From: Myxococcaceae bacterium | GTDB lineage: Bacteria; Myxococcota_A; Polyangia; Polyangiales; Ga0077539 | DNA length: 42,784 nt | Assembly (NCBI GenBank): GCA_028287085.1 | Contig: JAQBQI010000496.1 | Location: 1-42,784 of the forward strand | Reading direction: 5' to 3' | In this document: piece after piece, positions 1 through 9,789 of the stretch | How the letters are laid out: the number at the start of each line of letters is the position of its first letter | Position numbering within the stretch: the stretch's first letter is position 1 | Position numbers and translations under genes: made by a program | Notes under the pieces: model-generated | Database searches by the model: none | Told to the model about the DNA's origin: nothing | What the model saw: only the letters and a program-made list of their open reading frames with translations

Positions 1-70
1 GCGGCTCGGTCACGTGGTCGAGGAACAGGTCGAGGCGGTGGTCGGCCTCGAGTGTCGCGTGACCTGGCAT
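1..70 (-). CDS. 5' end of a gene running off the left window edge (MPGHATLEADHRLDLFLDHVTEP...), function unknown
   Basis: ATG at 70 on the minus strand; open frame with GC-rich third positions to the window edge; only 23 codons visible. Confidence 0.35.
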   Translation of the reverse strand, partial: MPGHATLEADHRLDLFLDHVTEP

Positions 71-895
71 CCACGACAACTACCCCGGTTTCGCAGGGAG
101 CTCTACGCGTCCGGGACAGTAGTGCTAACCCCGCCAAACCCGCCAAACCCCGTGGAGGGTTATTCGTCTACATGCCTGCGCCTAACCCTCGTAACCGTGG
201 GTTTCGTCGAAGGTTCGGCCGTATAGGAGGAAGCCTTTTGGAGGGGGTACCTGCTTTCTTCCGTGGAAGTGCGCGATCACTTTCTGGCCGTTCTTCGACT
301 TGTAGGCTGGCGCTTGTCCGAGGCCCCAGGAAGCACTCGGGCGCTCCACCCAGGGTTACGACCAGGCTGAGCCTGCACGGGTCGGCGACGGTCGGGGGTC
401 GCTCCAGGTCTCCGGGGAAGCGGAAGGTTCGCCCGCCAGTCCACGCGTACGACTCGCAGACCCCCAACATCGAGCAGGAACGTCAACACGCAGCGCGCGA
501 TGCTGCCGCGCGCACCCCAGGGGCGTGGTCCGGCTCCCGTCTCCCGAACGGTCGTTGCGCCGCGGTCTCCCCAACCACCGCCAACCGGGGGGCGCCGCGG
601 CCGGCCGTCTCGGCGCCGCCGGCTTACCCAGGCGTGTCGCAGTCCTTCGTCCGGCAACCGTCGGACCCTTCGGGTTCTCCGCACCAGCCCAACCAATGCC
701 CTCCGGTCGGAGCGCCACCTCCACGACGTACCTGACCGGGTCGCCTTCCAGCGCGGGGGAGGGGACGTGGTTGCCGACGTTCGACTGCGAGGCGTTCGGC
801 TCCTGGCCGTCAACAACGTCAACGTCGGCGACGGTTAGACACTGGAATAGGTATTCATGGGACTAACGATTCCTCGTGAATCTCAGTGTTTTGCA

Positions 896-953
896 GAGAG
901 GCGGCGGCGCGCGCGCGGGAGAGGCGGCGGCGGCGCGCGCGCGGGAGAGGCGG
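896..953. repeat. Short tandem repeat, about 2.4 copies of GAGAGGCGG(CGG)nCGCGCGCGCGG
   Basis: Units at 896-918 and 919-944 and a partial unit at 945-953, just after an AT-richer stretch at ~835-895. Confidence 0.7.
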
Positions 954-1870
954 GCTCCTGGCGGCGAGCTGGCGGGCGAAGGCCGTGTCGGACCGCCCCT
1001 CCGTGCGCCGCACTCGGACGCGCCACCGCGGCTGGTCGGTGGCGCCGGGGTCGCAATCGGCGGTCGAGGCCGCCCCGGTACGAACCCCAGAAACCCCGAT
1101 GGAACCCAGGCGTGCCCCCGCTGGATCCCGGAGCGCCTCTGGTGCTTCAGGGACCGACGCGCAAACGGCCCACAAAGGCGCGAAGGCGTGCGGGTTCAGT
1201 GAAGCGTCGAGGGCTGACGCCAAGCAGCGCCGGCAATCCAGGGGGCCGGTTGGGGTCCGACCGGAGCCCCCGTGCGCCCCAGGTCGGCGGGGGGCCTGTT
1301 CTGGGGCACCGGGGAACCCTTGGGGGGGGAAGCACCCCCGGCGCCCCCGAGCGCCTGCCCCCGGGCGGCCGGTGCCGGCCCCGTCGGTCGTGCCCGCCCG
1401 GGCCGCCAGCGCCGTCGCCCAGGCGCGTCACCGGACGGCCGGGCCGATAACGCCGAAGGACGCCTTTCCGTCAAGATGGCTTTCCATCGTGACGTCCTGC
1501 CTTCCTGGCCGCGGGCGCGTCGAGCCGCGGGAAGAGGGAGTGGGTTGCGGCCGCCGCAATGGCGCACGAATCCCCCGACCTCCGCGGGCCTGGCGGGCGC
1601 GCCGACGACGCCCAACATACCAGGGACCGTAAAGGTGCCGGGGCCGCGCACGCTCGACTAGGCGGCCTCGGCCTCGGACGCGGCCTTCCTCGAGAAGCGT
1701 CAGCGGCCGCGGCGTGCGGAGGACGCAGCGCGCGGCGGCGAGTTGCACATCGTGCCCCCCGAGCCGGAGGGGCCGACGTGACTTCCTCTTTTGCGATCTC
1801 GTTTGAGGGTGTAGCGTCCGGGGTCAAGGAAGGTCGCGGCCCCTCTTTCCGCCCGGCCTACGAACGCCGA

Positions 1871-2698
1871 ATGAGCGATTCCAACGACGCAAGCAACCCC
1901 AACCGCAGTTCCGCCGCGTCCAACTTCACGGAGGCCCCCCCGCCCCCGCCGTCCCCGCCCCCGCCGCCCGGCGTCGACGAGCAGGTGGAGGCGGACGACA
2001 ACGAGCGCGCGTTGCGGGACTTTGGGTTGGTGGAGAGCGAACTCCACGACTGCGCCGTCGAGGCGTCGCGGGATCGGGCCAACGCGCGCCCCTACCTGCA
2101 CCCCTGGCACCTGTACGGGATCTTCAGCGCGTACCTCTTCGCTCACCTGGCGGAACGCCTGCTGGCGCGGGGGTGGGCCTGCATCGTCAGCGGGGCCTGT
2201 CTGTGGCTGCGATCGCCCGACAAGCGCTTCGGCCTCGTGCTCTGGCAGGGTAACGGCGCCGTGGGCAAGCGCGGAACGCGCGCCCACAACGTCCGCGCCA
2301 AGGGGCAGGAGATCCGATCCATGTTGGAGTCGGTCGGCGAGTTCATCCCCGGCCTCGACCTGGGTGACTCGGTAATTCCGACCGGCGAGGACGGGGAGGG
2401 AATCCCCTTCGTCACGCCGCTCGGCGCCGAGGAGTACCCCCAGGAGTTCCTGGCGCTCCTGATTCGGCGGACCGGCAACATCGTGCAGTGGGAGCTGCAG
2501 GTCTTGCCCAAGGAGGCGCTCTCGGGTGACGGCTTCCTGCAGAACACGCGGCAGCGCGTGTTCCTGCACCCGGTCGAGGTGCAGAGCGTGCCGACCCGTC
2601 GACCGGTCGAGACCCAGCCCCAGCCGACGCCCACGGAGGACGAGATCGAGGTGCCCATGGCTCCTGTCGACGAAGGTCCCGAAGGAACGGGCGGATGA
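1871..2698 (+). CDS. Hypothetical protein, putative toxin partner of the downstream XRE/ImmA peptidase
   Basis: ATG 1871 within ORF 1559-2698; globular core (LAERLLARGW...SPDKRFGLVLWQGNGAVG...AKG); stop overlaps the next start (ATGA 2695-2698). Confidence 0.7.
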   Translation: MSDSNDASNPNRSSAASNFTEAPPPPPSPPPPPGVDEQVEADDNERALRDFGLVESELHDCAVEASRDRANARPYLHPWHLYGIFSAYLFAHLAERLLARGWACIVSGACLWLRSPDKRFGLVLWQGNGAVGKRGTRAHNVRAKGQEIRSMLESVGEFIPGLDLGDSVIPTGEDGEGIPFVTPLGAEEYPQEFLALLIRRTGNIVQWELQVLPKEALSGDGFLQNTRQRVFLHPVEVQSVPTRRPVETQPQPTPTEDEIEVPMAPVDEGPEGTGG

Positions 2699-3867
2699 GC
2701 AGCGGGAGGTTCACGCCGGAGCGCCTTGCCCTGGCGCGCATGCGCCGCGGCCTGCGACAGCAGGACGTCGGGGAGCGCTGCGGCGTGGACGCGAGGACGG
2801 TGCGCGGCTGGGAGAGGGGGGAGTGGCCGCCAGACGTGACGTCGCTGACCGCTCTCTCGCGCGCGCTCCGGTTCCCAGTCTCGTTCTTCACTGCGCCCCC
2901 GCTCGCGCTGATCGACACGGATCGGGCCAGCTTCCGCTCGTTGAGCACCATGCGGGCTGCTCAGCGGGACGCTGTCCACGCAGCGGGCACGCTCGTGGTG
3001 CCGTTGCGTGAGTGGCTAGTGTCGCGTTTTCGGTTGCCGGACCTCGACGTCCCCGACCTCGGCGGAGAGACGCCCGAGCGGGCCGCAGAGATCGTGCGGG
3101 AAGCGTGGGGGCTCGGCGGCAGCGTCGCACCGAACATCGTGCACCTGCTCGAGCTCCACGGCGTGCATGTCTTCTCGCTTGCGGAGGACGCGCGGGAGGT
3201 CGACGCGTTCTCGTTCTGGGACGCGGGGCGCGCGTACGTGATGCTGAACACGATGAAGTCGCCCGAGCGCGGGCGCTTCGATGCGGCGCACGAGCTCGGG
3301 CACCTCGTCTTGCACCGTCAGGGCGACATCCACGCCCCCGAGGTCGAACATCAGGCCAACCGGTTCGCCTCCGCGTTCTTGATGCCGCACGCAGGACTCC
3401 TCAAGCAGCGGCCCGCCAGTGTCACGATGCAGGCTGCGCTGGGTTTGAAGGTCCACTGGCGCGTCTCGATCGCCGCGATGATCCACCGCCTCTCGCAACT
3501 GTCCGTCCTGACTGAGTGGCAGTACCGCGAACTCATGGTCGACGTGCAGCGCCGCGGCTGGCGTACGACGGAGCCGTACGGGATCCAGCGCCGCGAGACG
3601 TCGCAGGTTCTGGCGAAGGCCTTCGGACCCCTCCGGCGCGAGGGCGATGATGCGAAGGACGTGGCCCGTCGGATTCACCTGCCGATCGAGGAGGTTCAGC
3701 GGATGATCTTCGGCCTGGTGCTCGCCGACCCGGTGCCGGACAGCAAGGCCCTGCCGCGGCCGACGGTGGCGCCTGCGGCACGCCTTCGCCGCAGTGATTT
3801 GAAGGTGATTCCTGGGAGCGGTCCGAACGTGAGGCGGTCCGAGACCAAGCGGGACGTGAAGCCATAG
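2695..3867 (+). CDS. XRE-family HTH plus ImmA/IrrE-family Zn metallopeptidase (RmrA-like antitoxin architecture)
   Basis: N-terminal HTH (RLALARMRRGLRQQDVGERCGVDARTVRGWERG); HExxH in RFDAAHELGHLVLH; downstream EHQANRFASAFLMP. Confidence 0.93.
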   Translation: MSSGRFTPERLALARMRRGLRQQDVGERCGVDARTVRGWERGEWPPDVTSLTALSRALRFPVSFFTAPPLALIDTDRASFRSLSTMRAAQRDAVHAAGTLVVPLREWLVSRFRLPDLDVPDLGGETPERAAEIVREAWGLGGSVAPNIVHLLELHGVHVFSLAEDAREVDAFSFWDAGRAYVMLNTMKSPERGRFDAAHELGHLVLHRQGDIHAPEVEHQANRFASAFLMPHAGLLKQRPASVTMQAALGLKVHWRVSIAAMIHRLSQLSVLTEWQYRELMVDVQRRGWRTTEPYGIQRRETSQVLAKAFGPLRREGDDAKDVARRIHLPIEEVQRMIFGLVLADPVPDSKALPRPTVAPAARLRRSDLKVIPGSGPNVRRSETKRDVKP

Positions 3868-4049
3868 GCGCCGCGCAGTGGTGTCCGCTCGTTGCGCGCG
3901 GTATCGCCGGGTCCCTGATGCTCGACGCGCCCCGACTGCCGTGCGACATCGTCGCGCTCGCGACCCAGCACGCGCTCGAGGAGTTGCACCCCACGCTCGA
4001 CATGCGGCCGGGCCCGGCGCGCTGCGACGCCGACCGTCGGCCGCGCCGC

Positions 4050-4226
4050 CCTCGACCCACCAACTACGTGATCCGTCGAGAGGACGGCACGACCGCCACC
4101 GAGCACTTCTTCGGCGCGGCGCACGGTGACCTCTTCGAGCACCTCGTCGAGGTCATGCCGCTGCCCGCGCGGCCGAGAAGACGACAGCGCCGCGGGCCGC
4201 CCGATCTCTTCGCTGCCGCGGCGTGA
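4050..4226 (+). pseudogene. C-terminal remnant of a DUF6399-type transposase-associated protein
   Basis: NYVIRREDGTTATEHFFGAAHGDLFEHLVEVMPLPARPR resembles the DUF6399 C-terminus as recalled; no intact N-terminus. Confidence 0.55.
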
Positions 4227-4309
4227 CCGCGCGCGAAGTTATGCGGATGGCCGGGCTTCGGGCTCAGTTCGCCGCCATCCTGCGTCCTCCAGGCGCCCCC
4301 GAGCCTCGC

Positions 4310-5236
4310 CTACTTCAGCCTCCGCACAAGGGGCTCGCGCTTGCGCTGCACGCGCTTCCACCCGGCATCCAGCTCGCGGACCGTCAGTCCGAGCACCTGC
4401 GCGGCGCCCGCCCGGTCGTACCCGTCGAGCGTCGCCAGGGCCAGACCCGTCTCCGCCCGCAACCCCACGCTGGCGAAGGCCGCCTTCAGGTCGAGCACGG
4501 TCTCGACCCACCGCTGTTCCGCGTCGGGGTCCGGCGGGGCGGTCATGGCCACCAGCCGGGCCACCAGCCGGGTGTTGCCCCGGTCCTCACGCGCGATGCG
4601 GCTCGCGTACCCCCGGGTCCGGCGCCGCAGTTCCTCGATCGGGTCGGCGGCGTCCCACCAGTCGTCGTCCAGGGTGAGCACCACGGCCGCGTCTTGCCAG
4701 AACTTCTCGGGCAGGCGCAGGACCTCCCGGGTGAAGCGGACGATCGCGCGCCGATCGCCGATGTCCACGGCCTCGGCGGCGCAGAGGCAGGGCCCGTAGA
4801 CCTGGGAGTCGCGCAATGCCTGGAGGGCCTGCGCCGCGGCGTAGGCGCGCTCGAGCAAGGGCGCCACCCGCAGCAGTGCTGGGGCCGCGAGGGCCTCCCA
4901 GGCGACGAACCGATCCACGAGGGCCGCCATCAGCGGCTGGGCGCGGAGCAGCGTCGGGGCCACGATGGCCTCCAGGCGGGCCGCGTGCTCGAAGACTTGG
5001 TTGATGTGGGGTTGCGCACGCAGAATCAGCTGCTGGAACCCATCCACGTAGGGGGCCATGAGGTCCCCGAAGTGGCAGGCCGCCTCGACCACTTGGAGGA
5101 TCGGCGAGCGGGAGAACGAGGTCAGCACGGGCGTTGGCGCCTCGAAGGCCGTGGTGGGGCAGCCTGTGAGGTCTTCCGCAGAGCCGGCGAGCAGCGAGGC
5201 CGAATCGAGGGCAGGGAGGGGGTGTTGCAGGGTCAC
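4310..5236 (-). CDS. Hypothetical protein with a C-terminal sigma-70 region-4-like HTH
   Basis: 308-aa ORF, GTG start preceded by AGGAG; C-terminus LDGYDRAGAAQVLGLTVRELDAGWKRVQRK is HTH-like. Confidence 0.6.
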   Translation of the reverse strand: MTLQHPLPALDSASLLAGSAEDLTGCPTTAFEAPTPVLTSFSRSPILQVVEAACHFGDLMAPYVDGFQQLILRAQPHINQVFEHAARLEAIVAPTLLRAQPLMAALVDRFVAWEALAAPALLRVAPLLERAYAAAQALQALRDSQVYGPCLCAAEAVDIGDRRAIVRFTREVLRLPEKFWQDAAVVLTLDDDWWDAADPIEELRRRTRGYASRIAREDRGNTRLVARLVAMTAPPDPDAEQRWVETVLDLKAAFASVGLRAETGLALATLDGYDRAGAAQVLGLTVRELDAGWKRVQRKREPLVRRLK

Positions 5237-5454
5237 GACGGGGGCTCCTCTGCTGAACGCGATGCGCGTCAGTCTGTCCTCTTCGGGCGTGGGGGGAGGA
5301 TTCCGGGACAGGAATCGACCGCGGCCTTCTCTTCGGCCCTCCGAGCTGTTGGGGGCGTTGAGGGCCGCGCAGGGCCGGGTGCCAGAACCGCCCGCGGAGC
5401 CGACGCCCTCTACCGCACCGACGCCTCTACCGCGGCCGCCGAGCAGCCTGCAGA

Positions 5455-5580
5455 ATGACGATGGCCCGTCGTTTCCTGCTCTCGCTCGCGGTGGGCCTCG
5501 CGCTGATCTCAGTCACGGTCGCCTTCTCCCTCGACGCCGCTGACCGCTCCGTCGCAGCCGCCGTGCCCGACAGCAGCTAA
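5455..5580 (+). CDS. Possible 41-aa hydrophobic or signal-peptide-like small protein
   Basis: MTMARRFLLSLAVGLALISVTVAFSLDAADRSVAAAVPDSS*; basic N-terminus then a hydrophobic helix; shorter than any ORF in the provided track. Confidence 0.35.
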   Translation: MTMARRFLLSLAVGLALISVTVAFSLDAADRSVAAAVPDSS

Positions 5581-5599
5581 ATTTCTTCCCGGTCGGCCG

Positions 5600-6110
5600 C
5601 TACAGCAACCCCGCCGCCGCGTTCTCCCGCCAAGCATCAGCGGTGCGGACGTAGCGGTCGACCATCGTCCGAGATTTCCACCGCCCCTGCAACATGATCG
5701 CCCGGTCGCTGCGCCCCACCAGGGCCGCGGTGGTGGCGAGCGTCGCGCGCAAGGAGTGCCCCAACAGCAACGCCGACGCGATCCCGGCGCGCGCCACTAG
5801 CGCCTTGAGGGTGTGGGCGACGTCGCGCCCGTCGAGCCGGCCGCCCACCCGGCCGTGGCGATCGACGCTGCGGAAGAGCGCCCCCGCCTCGACGCCCGAG
5901 GCGGCGCGCCACACCTCGAGCGCGCGGACGGGGCAGACGTCGGCGTGGGAGCCGAAGGGGAGGACCACGTCGGCGCCGGCGCCGAGCTGGTCGGTCTTGG
6001 AGTGTTGCACCCGCACCAGGACGCCCCGAGCGGGGTCGACGGTCAGGTCGGCGACGTCGAGGGCGACGAACTCGGAGCGGCGGAAGGCGGTTGCGACGCC
6101 CGCGGATCCC
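5600..6110 (-). pseudogene. Cre-like tyrosine recombinase, catalytic domain only (N-terminally truncated)
   Basis: Motifs AFRRSE, SKTDQ, GHSLR, QGRW and RYVR are present; the upstream part of the ORF is non-homologous and overlaps another gene. Confidence 0.85.
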
Positions 6111-6162
6111 GTCCGAGCAACGCTCCACCCGCGGGAGGTGGGCGCGGCGCGGGCGCGCCTGC

Positions 6163-6432
6163 CTACCGGGCGTGGGTCACGCGCACGGGCCCGATGGTCA
6201 CGCTGTTCGCGCGGACCAGCACGGACGCGAACGCCCCCGCCAGCACGAGGGTCATGAGCACGAGCGTGACCCCGACGTAGTGGTGGAGCGTCCGTACGAT
6301 CTGCGCGAACGCGGCCGGCCAGGACGGGGCGGTCGACGGGACCGGCCTGGAGCGAGCGCGCGGGGACTTCGTGGTGGGCACCGTTGGACTCCTCGAGTAC
6401 GGACGGACATGGACGTGGTCGCGCAGGGGCAT
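6163..6432 (-). CDS. Small membrane protein
   Basis: 89 aa with one TM helix (YVGVTLVLMTLVLAGAFASVLV); third gene of the PadR run. Confidence 0.55.
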   Translation of the reverse strand: MPLRDHVHVRPYSRSPTVPTTKSPRARSRPVPSTAPSWPAAFAQIVRTLHHYVGVTLVLMTLVLAGAFASVLVRANSVTIGPVRVTHAR

Positions 6433-6490
6433 CGGGGCCGCCGCCGTGCGGGGCGCCGCGCGGGAGCACGGCGAAGGCGTCCGGCGGCCC

Positions 6491-7186
6491 TCAGGGCGGC
6501 AGGCGCGACCCGAGCGCGCGCTTCAGGCGCATGCGCTGGGTGTTCCAGACGGCGAGAAGGACCGACCGCAGGAAAAGAAGGGCGAGGAGGCGGGGGTCCG
6601 CCCCCGCCGCCGCCAGAGAGCCGAGACGCTCGAGGGCGTCGCCGAGCTCCTCGCGCCCGACCGAGGGCTCCAGCACGGAGGCCGGCAGGGCGGCGACGAT
6701 CGCGTCCATACGGCGCAGAAGTGGCCCGATCCGCGAATCGATGCTGGTACCCTCGTGGGTGTCGGCAACGGGCCCATCGGGGTCCGGCCGAGAGCGGCCG
6801 AGCGGGGAGTCGACGGCCAGCGCGCCGCACGCGCGCACGATGTCGGCCAGAATCGCGTGGAGCCTGCCCTTGGCCGCCGCCATCGCCGCCCACGCCTCGT
6901 CCGAGACCGAGTCCGCGTCGCCGACGTCCAGCGCGCGCAGTCTGCCCATCTCCTCCACCATCTCCCGAAGGAGCCCCAGCGCCTCCGCGGCCGCCGGCTC
7001 GGACGAGAGGTGCTCGACCAGGCGCTCCTCGAGGTCGGCGATGCCGATGTGGGCGATCCCGAGGTCGTGCGACCAGTTGAACTCGCGAAGCCAGGAGACG
7101 TCGCGGCCGATGGACGCCAGGTGCTCGGCCAGCTCCTGCTCGCGCCCGCCGGAAGCCGACCGCACGTGGTTCGCGATGCGCGTCAC
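6491..7186 (-). CDS. Hypothetical protein
   Basis: GTG at 7186 overlaps the PadR stop (GTGA); 231 aa, predicted helical, hydrophobic C-terminus. Confidence 0.6.
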   Translation of the reverse strand: MTRIANHVRSASGGREQELAEHLASIGRDVSWLREFNWSHDLGIAHIGIADLEERLVEHLSSEPAAAEALGLLREMVEEMGRLRALDVGDADSVSDEAWAAMAAAKGRLHAILADIVRACGALAVDSPLGRSRPDPDGPVADTHEGTSIDSRIGPLLRRMDAIVAALPASVLEPSVGREELGDALERLGSLAAAGADPRLLALLFLRSVLLAVWNTQRMRLKRALGSRLPP

Positions 7187-7494
7187 CGCGCGCCTCCCGG
7201 CAGGAGCAGCCCCCACAGTCCGAGGGCGGCCTCCCGCTCCTCCATCGCCGCCGCGCTCCCCAGGGCGGTGAGCGAGTAGTACCGCCGGGGGCGGCCGCCG
7301 CGGATGCCCGGCGCTTGCTCCTCCCACGAGTGCAGGAGTCCACCGGCCTCGAGCTCCCGCAACGCCGGGTAGAGCGTCGCCTGGCCCAGCTCGTGGCGGC
7401 CGTTCGACGACGACTTCACGCGCTCGGCGATCTCCAGGCCGAACGACTGCCCGCGGATGAGGGCCGCGAGGATGAGCTGGTGCGACTGCTTCAT
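7183..7494 (-). CDS. PadR-family transcriptional regulator
   Basis: GLEIAERV...LGQATLYPALRELEAGGLL.SWEE...RPRRYYSLTALG is the PadR winged-helix signature. Confidence 0.92.
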   Translation of the reverse strand: MKQSHQLILAALIRGQSFGLEIAERVKSSSNGRHELGQATLYPALRELEAGGLLHSWEEQAPGIRGGRPRRYYSLTALGSAAAMEEREAALGLWGLLLPGGAR

Positions 7495-7843
7495 GGACGT
7501 CCCGAGAGGTATCCTCGTTTTTCGAGGTTGTCAACCTCTGAAAACGATAATACCTGATCTGTCGTCATGGGCAGGGTTTCTCCGATCGCGGCCGGTCGTG
7601 CAAAGGGCGAGGCTGGGAGGGGGGATCTGCGAGGGGAAACCCCCGCGCTCCCACGGGAACGGCGTGTGCCTCGCTCGAGCAGGGCGCCCCGTGGGTCGAG
7701 GCGGCCCTGCACGTGTCGCCTTATCCCTAGGGATCGCGCGCGGATCTCGGCGGATAAGAGCAAGGGAGCCGCGGGGCTCGCAATCGTGCGCCACGTCCTG
7801 TAGTTCCGTGTGGCATGGGGCATGCTCATGCCCTGCGGGGAGG

Positions 7844-8710
7844 ATGGGGATGGAGAGCGTTCAAGTCAGGGACTGGGGACACGTCGGCTGCGAGTTCGTG
7901 GACCTCTCGGTGAGGAAGGCGCTGGTCGGTTACGCCCTCAGCGCGAAGTTCGGCCTGCAGGGGCCGAGGCACGGCGCGCGGGATCACCGCGACCTGACGG
8001 GGGTCGCCGGCGAACTGTCGCTCGGGAACGGCGACGTCGTCTGCCGCCTGGAGCACCAGGGTTCCTTCGTCCGTATCCACGCCAACAGCCCCGCCACCTT
8101 CGAGATGGCGGGGCATGTCGACCACGCCCACCTGGAGGCGATCGAGGCGCGTCGGAGCGGCGGGGACATCGCGTGGAAGGCGCGGTTCTGGGGGCTCGTC
8201 TTCACGCCCGATCGGCCGGATTCGTTCCAGACCCCGCCTTGCGCGCTGGCCGTCCCCCAGAGCGAGTGGGTCAAGGCCCTCGCCGCCGCCCAGTGGTCGA
8301 GGCTCATGCTGATCGAGGTGCCGATGCCCGACCCGCAAGACCATCCGGAGATGGCCCGGGCCCTGGGGTTCCTGGCCCAGGCCCGGGAGCGCCTCGGCCG
8401 CGGCGAATACAGGGGGGCGGTGGCCCACTGCCGCGAGGCCCTGGAGGCCCTCGGCCACGCGAAGAAGGACCCGGGCTCGCAGAACTTCCCGGTCAAGGAG
8501 GGGGACCTGTTCGCCCACAACCGGGGCAAGACCAAGGAGGAGCGCTTCCAGCTCCTGCGCTTCGCGGCGAGGGTCGTCACCCACCCGGCGCACCACGCGG
8601 GCAAGGAGCCCGAGGCCGGCGTGCCCGACGTCGAATACGACCGGGCGGACGCGTACGCGATCGTGATGCACGTGGCGATGCTCATCGCCCAGGCGAGCAG
8701 GCGGCCGTAG
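7844..8710 (+). CDS. Hypothetical protein with a HEPN-like helical C-terminal domain
   Basis: ATG 7844 or 7850 after GGGGAGG; C-terminus GEYRGAVAHCREALEAL...RVVTHPAHH...DRADAYAIV follows a HEPN/Abi-C-like pattern. Confidence 0.65.
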   Translation: MGMESVQVRDWGHVGCEFVDLSVRKALVGYALSAKFGLQGPRHGARDHRDLTGVAGELSLGNGDVVCRLEHQGSFVRIHANSPATFEMAGHVDHAHLEAIEARRSGGDIAWKARFWGLVFTPDRPDSFQTPPCALAVPQSEWVKALAAAQWSRLMLIEVPMPDPQDHPEMARALGFLAQARERLGRGEYRGAVAHCREALEALGHAKKDPGSQNFPVKEGDLFAHNRGKTKEERFQLLRFAARVVTHPAHHAGKEPEAGVPDVEYDRADAYAIVMHVAMLIAQASRRP

Positions 8711-8757
8711 GGGCCATGGCGGCCCGCCGCGCCCCCGACAGGAACGAGGTTTCCCCC

Positions 8758-9789
8758 ATGTCGCGACTCCCCAGCCTCCGGCGCCAGGCCGACGGGATCC
8801 TGAGCCAGACGTCCGCCGACTCCCCCGGACGGCTCGAGACGCTCCTCGGCGCCGCATGCTCCAGCGCGGGCGCGGGGGCTGACCCGTGGGTCCGGGCCGT
8901 GATTCCCGCCGACGAGATGGCGGCTGGAGAGTTTCGGCGGATGGTCGCCGGCTACAACGAGATCTGGGAACGCGCGCGGACGGAGGCCTTGCAGGCGTCC
9001 TCCGCCTCGCTGGCGCCGCGCCTCTTCCAGATGGACCTGGCGGCGTCCATCCTCGGCGACTTCCTCTGGATGCTGGACCTCCGCGAGAAGCACGGCCAGC
9101 CGATCCTCTGGGACCGCGCGCGGCCCCCCGGGGAGGCGCCGCCGACGGCCCTCCTCCAGCTCTTGTTCGCCCACTTGACGAACACGACCGTCGCGCTCCG
9201 CCGCCTCGTCGCCGAGGGCATGACCCTCCCCGCGAAGGTCCTCTTCCGGCAGCTGAGCGAGCTCGGGGACATGACGCTCGCGCTCGCCGCCGACTTCGCG
9301 TTCTTCGGGCACTACCGAGCCTGGACCCAGTCCCCGGACCAGAGCTACGCGCACTGGAAGAAGCACCTCGCCCCGAAGAAGGCGCGGGCGGCGGTCGCCG
9401 CGCTGACCGCGCGGATGGGCTTCGACGGCGCCACGCGGTCGGCGATGGAGGAGCACCGCGCCGGACGCTACGCCTGGCTCTCGGGCTCCGAGCACTCCAA
9501 CCCGGTGGCGCTCCTCGTCGACGGCATCGCGTCGTCGGAAGACGCCCCGCCGCACGGCTCGCTGCTCGGCGGGCGGGCCGGCGCGGCGCACCGGGTCCTC
9601 GCCGAGCACGTGAACTACTTCCACTACGAGTTCGTCTCGCTCGCGATCACGCTGCTGATCCGCGAGCACGGATGGACCATGCCCGCCGGGGAGCGGGCGG
9701 CCGCCGAGATGGTCTACCGGTGGAGGGTTTTACAGTCGCTGTACGTGCTCGGCGAGGCCGTCGCCGACCGTGCCGGGGACACGGGCTGA
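8758..9789 (+). CDS. DUF5677-like (HEPN-superfamily) protein
   Basis: ATG 8758 after GAGGT; motifs LFRQLSE and YAWLSGSEHSNP (Y..LS...H) typical of this group. Confidence 0.65.
   Translation: MSRLPSLRRQADGILSQTSADSPGRLETLLGAACSSAGAGADPWVRAVIPADEMAAGEFRRMVAGYNEIWERARTEALQASSASLAPRLFQMDLAASILGDFLWMLDLREKHGQPILWDRARPPGEAPPTALLQLLFAHLTNTTVALRRLVAEGMTLPAKVLFRQLSELGDMTLALAADFAFFGHYRAWTQSPDQSYAHWKKHLAPKKARAAVAALTARMGFDGATRSAMEEHRAGRYAWLSGSEHSNPVALLVDGIASSEDAPPHGSLLGGRAGAAHRVLAEHVNYFHYEFVSLAITLLIREHGWTMPAGERAAAEMVYRWRVLQSLYVLGEAVADRAGDTG

Noticed and set aside
660-690. tRNA 3' end / att site (..CTCCGCACCA)
   Set aside because: No T-loop GTTCRA in the correct position and no cloverleaf could be built
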